Assembly: GCA_045642845.1 (NCBI GenBank)
Contig: JAZUJQ010000267.1
Span: 1-32,353, forward strand
Length of the DNA: 32,353 nucleotides
Reading direction: 5' to 3'
DNA from: Kiritimatiellia bacterium
GTDB taxonomy: Bacteria; Verrucomicrobiota; Kiritimatiellia; RFP12; UBA3636
This document shows positions 8,437 to 15,497 of the stretch, one piece after another. A program made the translations under genes and the position numbers. A model generated the notes under the pieces. The model was not told where the DNA came from. It saw only the letters and a list, made by a program, of their open reading frames with translations, and did no database searches. Every line of letters begins with the position of its first letter. Positions within the stretch are counted from its first letter, which is position 1.

Positions 8437-9180
8437 CTATGTGGAAGCGATTGGCTTTTGTTGCAATTTCGCGCTGCTTTTGATGGTGGCACCCTTTTCA
8501 TGCCGTTCATTTTTATCCGGACACGACCCGCCGGCCGCCCTCCGCTTCATCAGCACTTCCACGATCTCAATGTCGTCGGGATGCGTGACCTTGAAAACGG
8601 GACCGCTGTGGAAAGCGTTGTAACCCTTGGCTTCGGTCGGAAGCTGGACCGCCGGATGTCCGTTGGGATGATCGGGATCGAAACAGTCGAGGAGTTCTCG
8701 GAAACGATAGGCGTCCGGAGCCTGGATCAGAAAATAGTCCTCGCGGTCGACTGTCCGGTCTTTGTACGAACCGAGGGCATCTGTGATTTTGATCGCCGTC
8801 TGCACCCAGTCGTATTCGTCCAAAAGTTCCATGTACCGGTCGATCGTCGCCGGTTCGGTGAGCGGACACGCCGCGTTGTTTTCTATTATTTTGGCGCAGT
8901 CCGGAAACTCGCGGGCAATGTAATCCAACGCGTTTTTCAACGACCAGTTGCGAGTTTTGCCGCCGCGCACCGTGCGGACGCCGTACTCGCGCGCGATGCG
9001 TCCGTTTTCGAACTCGTCGGAATTCAGCACGACGACAAAGTCGTCAATGCTCTTCGCGGCACGGAACAATTCGATCGAATACGCGATCATCTCCTTGCCG
9101 AGGATTTTGAAATACTGTTTCGGCATGTTCCCGCCGAAACGGGAGCCTATGCCGCCTGCGAGCACTATACCTATGTTCAT
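8437..9180 (-). CDS. IspD/TarI-family nucleotidyltransferase (alditol-phosphate cytidylyltransferase-like)
   Basis: 247 aa. The N-terminal GIVLAGGIGSRFGGNMPKQY is the signature P-loop of IspD / ribitol-5-phosphate cytidylyltransferase. ATG at 9180. Confidence 0.8.
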   Translation of the reverse strand: MNIGIVLAGGIGSRFGGNMPKQYFKILGKEMIAYSIELFRAAKSIDDFVVVLNSDEFENGRIAREYGVRTVRGGKTRNWSLKNALDYIAREFPDCAKIIENNAACPLTEPATIDRYMELLDEYDWVQTAIKITDALGSYKDRTVDREDYFLIQAPDAYRFRELLDCFDPDHPNGHPAVQLPTEAKGYNAFHSGPVFKVTHPDDIEIVEVLMKRRAAGGSCPDKNERHEKGATIKSSAKLQQKPIAST

Positions 9181-9195
9181 GCCGATTTCCCTACG

Positions 9196-10221
9196 TCAAG
9201 CCACCCTGTGCGGCGGTTGTGTTCCGGCCAAATACGCCGAAAGCGAGGCGATGACCATCTCTGTGCCGCACACCTGAACGTCGCCGGAAGAGCCGGCGAT
9301 GTGGGGCGTAACAATTAGATTCGGAGCGCCGACGAGACATGAATCCGGCGGAATTGGCTCTTTGCGAGTGACATCGATGGCCGCACCCGCGAGATGCCCG
9401 GAACTGAGCGAGTCGACAAGATCTTCCTCGACGACGAGTTCGCCGCGGGCCGAGTTGATGAAATACGCGCCGTTCTTCATTTTCGCGAAGACTTCCTTCG
9501 AAAAGAGTCCGCGCGTTTCGGCGGAGACGCCGCAGTGCACGGTGATGGCGTCTGACTCGGCGAGAAGCCTGTCCCACGACACCGGCTCGACGTAGTCCGG
9601 CTTGCCGTCGAACGTGCTGTACGGATCGTACGCCAGAATCCGCATGCCGAAAGCATGCGCCTTGGGCGCGAGCTGCCGGCCCACGTTTCCGAAGCCGACG
9701 ATGCCGAGTGTCATGGCGTTGAGACTGCGTCCGCGGAAACGTATGAACGGCGAATCGTTGTCCAGCCCCCAGACCGTGTCTTTGTATTCGCCGGGCTTTG
9801 TGCTGACTTCGCCAACCAGAAGTTTCGAATGGATCAGGTTGTTCGTGCGTGTAATGTTGCGCGTCATGTCGATGAGGTACCCCATCACCATGTCGGTTAC
9901 GGCGCCGGCGTTGCGTCCGGCGTTGTTGCAGACCATGATGCCTTTGGTCTTGGCCGCGTCAAGATCGATGACGGTCTTGACGCCGCCTCGACAGCACACG
10001 ATGAATTTCAGTTTCCCGGCGGCATCGAAAACGTCCTTCGAGACCGTATCGTATTCACAGATGAGGATGTCATAGTCCTTCACCTTTTTGACGAGTTCGG
10101 AGTGCGGCATCACGTCGTGATTTAGGATGTAGCCGTCGTAATCGAAATCGATTTTCCCGGCGAAAGCCGATTCAAGCCGTTCGCGGATGACTTCTGCAGT
10201 GACAAGAGATTTGAGTTTCAT
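9196..10221 (-). CDS. D-isomer-specific 2-hydroxyacid dehydrogenase family protein (phosphoglycerate/glycerate dehydrogenase-like)
   Basis: NAD-binding LGIVGFGNVGRQLAPKAHAFGMRILAYDP, and catalytic R/E/H context INSARGELVVEEDL ... VTPHIAGSS. I use the ATG at 10221 (MKLKSLVTAEV...). The track ORF extends to 10593 only as an Arg/Pro-rich read-through overlapping the upstream gene. Confidence 0.85.
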   Translation of the reverse strand: MKLKSLVTAEVIRERLESAFAGKIDFDYDGYILNHDVMPHSELVKKVKDYDILICEYDTVSKDVFDAAGKLKFIVCCRGGVKTVIDLDAAKTKGIMVCNNAGRNAGAVTDMVMGYLIDMTRNITRTNNLIHSKLLVGEVSTKPGEYKDTVWGLDNDSPFIRFRGRSLNAMTLGIVGFGNVGRQLAPKAHAFGMRILAYDPYSTFDGKPDYVEPVSWDRLLAESDAITVHCGVSAETRGLFSKEVFAKMKNGAYFINSARGELVVEEDLVDSLSSGHLAGAAIDVTRKEPIPPDSCLVGAPNLIVTPHIAGSSGDVQVCGTEMVIASLSAYLAGTQPPHRVA

Positions 10222-10241
10222 GATTGATTCTGCGGTTGCCG

Positions 10242-11318
10242 CTATTTGGACGGCATGAGGTTTTTGCGGTACTTTTCGCTTTCCCAGTTGGCTATGAACG
10301 CCTGCGCGGCGGCACCCATCGAGACGAGAGTGCGCCCGGTGCGGCGGACGGCGTCGGCGATGAAAACGATTGCCTCCAGAGTTTCGATGATCACGAGCGC
10401 CTTGGATTCCGGCATACGCAGGAGAATGCGGCCCGTTGCGGGGTCCGCCAGAGCCTGACCATCGCCCGGAATCCCTGAACCGAACGCGAACGAACCGATC
10501 AGGAACACCATCTGATCCGGGTAAAGCGGCTCTTTGAGGAAAAAGCTCTCGGTGTAATCGCCTGACGCTATGCGCGCGGACAAAGCCTCGCAATCCGCCT
10601 CAAACAGTCCCTCCTCCTTCCGTCGGACCGAAACCGCCGGAAAATCCGCTTCCGACACTCCGAACAGCTCGGCAATCCGGCGGTTGGCGTCGGCATGAAG
10701 CCGCAAACACTCGTCTGGATCGTCAGCATGGGCTATGACGCCGTGGTTTTTCATGATGATAACGGCGGGGCGGCGGCCCGTCTCCGCCTCGACGCGCGCG
10801 AGCTCATCACGGATTGCGAATGTGAGTCTGGCGCCGGGATCGACGTACCGGACGATGCCGACCGCGTAGTCGGCGTCGGCGAACGCTTCGCGCACGAGCG
10901 CGTCGCACTCCTCTGAACAGGCGGCGAGATTGGAGTAAACCGCATGACTGTGTGCGACGTATTTATCGAGCAAAGAATGGAATCCGGCTTCGACGGATGG
11001 ACGGCGCGGCGTGAGACCGTCAATGGAACGGATGCACGATTTGGCCTTTTCAGAACCCGACTTTTCCACATCTTCGAAGTCATCCGGAGACGAACCCAGA
11101 TAGAAATCTCGCAGAGCGCGGCCGTCCAGGACTGCATAAGCGTCTGACGGAGTGACGTCTTTCAGCCGGAATCCGGACGCCTTGATGGCCATGAGTCCGT
11201 CGGAAAACTTGGCCGACGTATTGCCTCCGCCGCCCTGGACGTAGTCCGGGCGAGCTCCGACCGCCTGCGAAATGCGAGTGAAGTCTTCGAGAATGGAAAA
11301 ATCTTGCAAAACGTTCAT
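10242..11318 (-). CDS. Class II aldolase/adducin-domain protein (long stand-alone form)
   Basis: GGGGNTSAK near the N-terminus, as in the aldolase halves of bifunctional rhamnulose-1-phosphate aldolase/dehydrogenases. Zn-ligand-like AHSHAVY (HxH) and MKNHGVIA (third His). Start ATG at 11318 (MNVLQDF...); the track start at 11375 is less likely. Confidence 0.7.
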   Translation of the reverse strand: MNVLQDFSILEDFTRISQAVGARPDYVQGGGGNTSAKFSDGLMAIKASGFRLKDVTPSDAYAVLDGRALRDFYLGSSPDDFEDVEKSGSEKAKSCIRSIDGLTPRRPSVEAGFHSLLDKYVAHSHAVYSNLAACSEECDALVREAFADADYAVGIVRYVDPGARLTFAIRDELARVEAETGRRPAVIIMKNHGVIAHADDPDECLRLHADANRRIAELFGVSEADFPAVSVRRKEEGLFEADCEALSARIASGDYTESFFLKEPLYPDQMVFLIGSFAFGSGIPGDGQALADPATGRILLRMPESKALVIIETLEAIVFIADAVRRTGRTLVSMGAAAQAFIANWESEKYRKNLMPSK

Positions 11319-11342
11319 AAAATGTGTCTCAACCGAGGCTGA

Positions 11343-11371
11343 AGTATAGCATAACGCATGGTCCATGACAA
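11343..11371 (-). promoter_or_regulatory. Candidate sigma70-type promoter for the minus-strand block 616-11318
   Basis: The minus strand reads TTGTCA-N17-TATACT with an extended-10 TG (aTGCTATACT), ending about 25 nt upstream of the ATG at 11318. Consensus match by eye only. Confidence 0.35.
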
Positions 11372-11420
11372 ACAACCGCGCGCCCGGACGTTCGATGTCG
11401 GATGTTTTGCCCCGTCTTAT

Positions 11421-11449
11421 TTGACTTTGTCAACAAAAAGGTTTACTCT
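11421..11449 (+). promoter_or_regulatory. Candidate promoter for the XRE gene and plus-strand block; the -35 lies inside the palindrome TTGACtttGTCAA
   Basis: TTGACT (11421-11426), N17, then TACTCT (11444-11449). The predicted transcription start falls within a few nt of the ATG at 11458, and no Shine-Dalgarno sequence is visible (ctctcaccgcctATG). Palindrome TTGAC-ttt-GTCAA at 11421-11433. Confidence 0.35.
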
Positions 11450-11457
11450 CACCGCCT

Positions 11458-11703
11458 ATGACGGCCAATCATCTCATCAATGGATTTCTGCGCCGCGTCC
11501 TTTCGCGAATGAAAGAGCTTGGGCTCAATCAATCCGCCTTGGCGCGCAGAATGGGGGTGACTCGTGCCTATGTCACGAAAGTCTTCTCGGGAGACGTGAA
11601 TATTTCGTTCGGCACCGCTCTGAAACTCGCACAAGCCGTGCAGATGGATTTCAGGCCTCAACTGAAGCGTAAAAAAGAATGCAATTCAAAACCAACGGAC
11701 TGA
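11458..11703 (+). CDS. Small XRE/Cro-C1-type helix-turn-helix transcriptional regulator
   Basis: 81 aa. LGLNQSALARRMGVTRAYVTKVFSG is a classic HTH_3-type helix-turn-helix. First gene of the plus-strand block, 13 nt upstream of the DegT gene. Confidence 0.75.
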   Translation: MTANHLINGFLRRVLSRMKELGLNQSALARRMGVTRAYVTKVFSGDVNISFGTALKLAQAVQMDFRPQLKRKKECNSKPTD

Positions 11704-11716
11704 CAGCAGTTTGCGC

Positions 11717-12865
11717 ATGAAAGAAGTGAATCGCCAGATCGAACCGTTCCGTGACCCGATTCTCGTCACCCGTCCGTATCTGCCTCCATTGGCCGATTAC
11801 AGGAAAGGCCTCGAAGAAATATGGAACAATCAGTGGCTCACCAACAACGGCCCGGTTCTCAAAAGGTTCCAAACCGAGTTATCTGAAACCCTGCGCGTGC
11901 CGGTGACGAATCTGTCGTTGTTCAACAACGGAACGCTCGCGTTGGAGATTGTGTTCCAGAGCATGGGACTTGCAGGATCAGAGGTGGTGACCACGCCATT
12001 CACGTTCGTGGCGACATCGCACGCCCTCAAACGCATCGGTGCCGTTCCGGTGTTCGCGGACATCGATCCCGAAACACTCTGCCTGAGCCCGTCCGAAGCA
12101 GAAAAGAAAATCACTTCAAGAACAAAGGCGATCGTTCCGGTCCATGTGTACGGGCATCCGTGCGACGTTGATGGATTCGCCCGCCTCGGCCGCAAATACG
12201 GAATACGGATACTGTACGACGCCGCGCACGCTTTCGGCGTAACGCTCGACGGCAAAGACATCTCCGCCTGGGGTGACGCGAGCATGTATTCTTTCCACGC
12301 CACGAAACTCTTCCACAGCATAGAAGGCGGGCTTTTGGTGTTCCGCGACCCGGAAGTGCAGCAGACCGTGAACAGACTCCGCAATTTCGCGATTCTTTCT
12401 GACACGGAATGCGTCGACGTCGGCACCAACGCGAAAATGAACGAAATGCAGGCGCTCATGGGAGAACTCAATCTCCGCGTTCTGCCTGAACTCATCGCCC
12501 GCCGCAAAGCGGTCTACGGCACCTATGCCGATGCGTTCGCCGGACGCGACGGCATCACCCTGCTTCAGCGTCCGGCTGTCTTCGGCGGATTCGCCGTTGC
12601 GCACAACTACGCATACTGTCCGGTGCTTTTCCGTGATTTCGAGACCCGCGAACGCGTATTCACAAAGCTTCAGGAATTCAATGTGTTCTCGCGACGCTAT
12701 TTCTATCCGTTGCTGACCGACTTCCGCCCGTACATGGACGCCCGAAGAACGTGTCCTGTCGCCGAAGACGCAGCACGCCGCATACTCACCCTCCCAACAT
12801 ACCACGATCTGGATCTCGTCGATGTTCGTAAAATCGCCGAAATCGTTTTGAACGTCGCGGATTGA
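11717..12865 (+). CDS. DegT/DnrJ/EryC1/StrS-family PLP-dependent aminotransferase
   Basis: About 382 aa. SMYSFHATKLFHSIEGGLLVF carries the family's Schiff-base lysine context (SFHxxK...EGG). The N-terminus PILVTRPYLPP is typical. ATG at 11717; the track start at 11711 is a TTG. Confidence 0.9.
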   Translation: MKEVNRQIEPFRDPILVTRPYLPPLADYRKGLEEIWNNQWLTNNGPVLKRFQTELSETLRVPVTNLSLFNNGTLALEIVFQSMGLAGSEVVTTPFTFVATSHALKRIGAVPVFADIDPETLCLSPSEAEKKITSRTKAIVPVHVYGHPCDVDGFARLGRKYGIRILYDAAHAFGVTLDGKDISAWGDASMYSFHATKLFHSIEGGLLVFRDPEVQQTVNRLRNFAILSDTECVDVGTNAKMNEMQALMGELNLRVLPELIARRKAVYGTYADAFAGRDGITLLQRPAVFGGFAVAHNYAYCPVLFRDFETRERVFTKLQEFNVFSRRYFYPLLTDFRPYMDARRTCPVAEDAARRILTLPTYHDLDLVDVRKIAEIVLNVAD

Positions 12866-12872
12866 AAACGCC

Positions 12873-14105
12873 ATGAATACCAAGAAACTCATGCTACTCG
12901 GCGGGTCTCGATACCTGTTCCCTGTCATCAAAAAAGCGCATGAACTGGGACTATACGTAATCACCTGCGATTATCTGCCCGACAACGACGCCCACAAGGT
13001 TTCTGACGAATACGTCAACGTCAGCATCGTCGAAAAAGAGAAGGTGCTGGAAGTCGCCATGGAAAAAGGAGTGTCCGGCATAATGTCGTTCGCCTGCGAC
13101 CCAGGTGTCGTCACCGCAGCCTATGTCGCCGAACGGATGGGGCTTCCATTCCAGTGTTCCTACGAGTCGACATGCATTCTTCAGGACAAGGGACGTTTCC
13201 GCGCGTTTCTTGCGGAGCACGGATTCAACTGCCCGCATGCCCGCAGTTACACGGATCCCGTGGCGCCCATAGCCGATGCGGATTTCTTCACATGGCCCGT
13301 CATCGTCAAACCCGTTGATTCCGCCGGAAGCAAGGGCGTCAGCAAAGTCGATTCGCCGGAAGGTCTTCCAGCGGCTGTGAAAACCGCTTTGGAGAGTTCC
13401 CGCAGCGGCTCGTTCATAGTCGAAGACTTTTTGACGTTTGAAAGCTACCACTCCAGCACCGACCCGTTCACGGTGGACGGTAAACTTTGCGCAGTCTCCT
13501 ATTCGGACCAGCTTTTCGACAAGGAGGCGGACAATCCGTACACACCGGCGTTCATAATCTGGCCCACGACCATGAAGCAGGAGCACCAGGACTATCTGAC
13601 GCGCGAAATACAGCGGCTCATGGACCTGCTGCACGTCGGCACCGGCATCTACAACATCGAGACCTGTGTCGGAGCGGGCGGCATTCCCTACATCATGGAG
13701 GTCTCCCCTCGCGGCGGCGGCTGCAAGATTGCGGAAATGCAGGAACTCGCCTTCGGCGGAAGCCTTATCGAAAACGAGATCCGCAAAGCCGTCGGTATGC
13801 CCCTTGTCCCCGTGGAAACGCACCCCATCCAAGGACATTGGTGCGAAATGGTGGTTCATGCGCGCCCCGGCATGCAGGGCGTGTTCGAGCGTATTGACAT
13901 CCGCGAGGACATCGGGAAGAGCAACGTACGCGTCATCGACATGTCAACGAAACCCGGCGACTACGTGTTTCCGTTCACGGGCGCCAACCGAGCACTCGGC
14001 GACATGTTTCTCCAATTCGCCACACGCGGTGAATTGAACGCCGCGATCGGGAACACGGCGGATTGGCTTGGCATCGTTCTGTCAGAGGAGAAAAGCAATG
14101 GATAG
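12873..14105 (+). CDS. ATP-grasp domain protein (carboxylate-amine ligase-like)
   Basis: 410 aa. WPVIVKPVDSAGSKGVSKV (ATP-binding Lys strand) and YIMEVSPRGGG (E-x-x-x-R-x-G-G-type C-terminal motif). The pre-ATP-grasp N-domain KLMLLGGSRYLFPVIKKAHELG is present. Confidence 0.8.
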   Translation: MNTKKLMLLGGSRYLFPVIKKAHELGLYVITCDYLPDNDAHKVSDEYVNVSIVEKEKVLEVAMEKGVSGIMSFACDPGVVTAAYVAERMGLPFQCSYESTCILQDKGRFRAFLAEHGFNCPHARSYTDPVAPIADADFFTWPVIVKPVDSAGSKGVSKVDSPEGLPAAVKTALESSRSGSFIVEDFLTFESYHSSTDPFTVDGKLCAVSYSDQLFDKEADNPYTPAFIIWPTTMKQEHQDYLTREIQRLMDLLHVGTGIYNIETCVGAGGIPYIMEVSPRGGGCKIAEMQELAFGGSLIENEIRKAVGMPLVPVETHPIQGHWCEMVVHARPGMQGVFERIDIREDIGKSNVRVIDMSTKPGDYVFPFTGANRALGDMFLQFATRGELNAAIGNTADWLGIVLSEEKSNG

Positions 14106-15030
14106 CGCGCCGTTCGCGACCGAGTGCGACAGGCTTGTCGCCGAAGGATCGCTCGATCCAGACTTCCTCAAGCCGGAAACACGCTGCGGTTTTCAGGTGG
14201 ACACGCGAAGAAAACGCCTTTGGGCCGTCCAACTGGACCTTCTGGCGCAATTGGATCGCTTCTGCAAACGTCACGGTCTCCGCTACTGCGCCATCGGAGG
14301 CACCATTCTCGGAGCGCTCCGCCACAGGGGATTCATACCATGGGACGACGACATCGACATCGTCATGCCGCGCGCGGACTACGAAAAACTTCCGTCTCTT
14401 GCCGAAGAATTCACCGGCCCTTATTTTCTTCAGACCCCGGGACGAGACCGCGACTACTTCATATCGCTGTCCAAACTGCGCAACAGCCGCACGGCGCAGG
14501 TCTCAATGACTCTGCGGCACTGCAGTTTCAATCAAGGCGCGCTGATCGACATCATTCCGCTGGATCTCTGGAACAGCCGAAAAGGACGTGAATCGTACGC
14601 ACGGATCAACGAATTGAACGTCGACAACGCCAATTTCATGCGACAGGGATTTCCTAATCCCGATGAAGAGATGCGCCGCCGCATCACGGCATGGTCCGGA
14701 CGCCGCCCCGAAGAAAACCTCGAGGAAATCAACCGCTTGGCCACGCAGTTCTCTGACGATCCCGAGGCGGACGTCGTGACCACGCCAGTCACCACTTTTT
14801 ATCCGTACGACAGGATAATGTTCCCGAAAGAATGCTTCGACTCATTCGTCGAAGTCCCGTTCGAAAACACCGTCATGGCCGTTCCGTCAGGCGCCGAACG
14901 CATACTTGAATTTCAGTTCGGGAACTGGCGTGAATTTCCGCCGCCCGGAAAAAGAGGCGCGTGGCACGGCAATGAAATTTTCGATGCAGATCGTCCGTAT
15001 GAAGCCGTTTTGAAGGATCTGAGGCGATGA
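14098..15030 (+). CDS. LicD-family phosphotransferase (stand-alone paralogue of the N-domain of 7050-8390)
   Basis: GGTILGALRHRGFIPWDDDIDIVMPRADYE. I prefer the ATG at 14098, which is preceded by GAGGAG and overlaps the ATP-grasp stop by 8 nt. The N-terminus ECDRLVAEGSLDPDFLKPETRCGF aligns with ECDRIIAEGILPREFFKPEVRCDF of the fusion protein. Confidence 0.8.
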   Translation: MDSAPFATECDRLVAEGSLDPDFLKPETRCGFQVDTRRKRLWAVQLDLLAQLDRFCKRHGLRYCAIGGTILGALRHRGFIPWDDDIDIVMPRADYEKLPSLAEEFTGPYFLQTPGRDRDYFISLSKLRNSRTAQVSMTLRHCSFNQGALIDIIPLDLWNSRKGRESYARINELNVDNANFMRQGFPNPDEEMRRRITAWSGRRPEENLEEINRLATQFSDDPEADVVTTPVTTFYPYDRIMFPKECFDSFVEVPFENTVMAVPSGAERILEFQFGNWREFPPPGKRGAWHGNEIFDADRPYEAVLKDLRR

Positions 15031-15497
15031 ATGAAAAGCGCGTATATCTCCGTCCGTTGACATCAGATGACGCCACGACGTCATGCCGATGGCGCAACGA
15101 CTCGGAGCTGTGGAAGTACACCGGCAAACGTCCGACGTGCGAAATCACCGAAGCGATGGAACGCGAATGGGTTGGCAAAGTCAATTCAGACCGCACGCGC
15201 ATGAACTTTGCAATCTGCCTCGCCGGAAACGACCGGTACATCGGAAACATCTATGTGGTGAACATCTCGAACGGCACCGGAGAACTCGGCGTATTCATCG
15301 GAGAACGTGATTGCCACGGACAGGGTTATGGAACTGAAGCCGTTCAGTTGCTGAAGGCCGAAGCCAAGGCCGCCGGCGTGAATTCGATCCGCATCAGAGT
15401 TCGACCGGAAAACGCTGCAGCGATCCGTGCATACCAAAAGGCCGGCGCCTCGTTTCTGCCACGCCAATGGATCGAAATGGAGGTTTCCTGTGACTGA
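15027..15497 (+). CDS. GNAT-family N-acetyltransferase (PseH/RimL-like)
   Basis: 156 aa. LRPLTSDDATTSCRWRND (the L-R-P-L..D....WRN opening seen in amino-sugar N-acetyltransferases of the PseH type) and the acetyl-CoA loop HGQGYGTEAVQLL. ATGA overlap with the LicD stop at 15027-15030. Confidence 0.8.
   Translation: MNEKRVYLRPLTSDDATTSCRWRNDSELWKYTGKRPTCEITEAMEREWVGKVNSDRTRMNFAICLAGNDRYIGNIYVVNISNGTGELGVFIGERDCHGQGYGTEAVQLLKAEAKAAGVNSIRIRVRPENAAAIRAYQKAGASFLPRQWIEMEVSCD

Noticed and set aside
8239-9318. 359-aa plus-strand ORF spanning the LicD-fusion and IspD-like genes on the opposite strand
   Set aside because: It crosses an intergenic gap of the real minus-strand genes and has a shadow-ORF composition. 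Both minus-strand products carry diagnostic motifs.
10222-10593. N-terminal 124-aa extension of the dehydrogenase ORF as listed in the track (9196-10593)
   Set aside because: The extension is Arg/Gly/Pro-rich and overlaps the 3' end of the aldolase-like gene. A clean ATG at 10221 gives a normal-length 2-hydroxyacid dehydrogenase (MKLKSLV...) with a 20-nt intergenic gap.
11358-11672. 104-aa plus-strand ORF overlapping the XRE gene in another frame, plus the 70-aa minus ORF at 11449-11661
   Set aside because: The frame starting at 11458 encodes a textbook helix-turn-helix. The alternatives have no motif and would begin inside the promoter region.
12116-13859. Two long minus-strand ORFs (12116-12964 and 12951-13859) antisense to the DegT and ATP-grasp genes
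   Set aside because: Shadow ORFs. The plus-strand products carry the DegT lysine motif and the ATP-grasp motifs, and the minus-strand translations are Arg/Gly/Val-rich with no motif.
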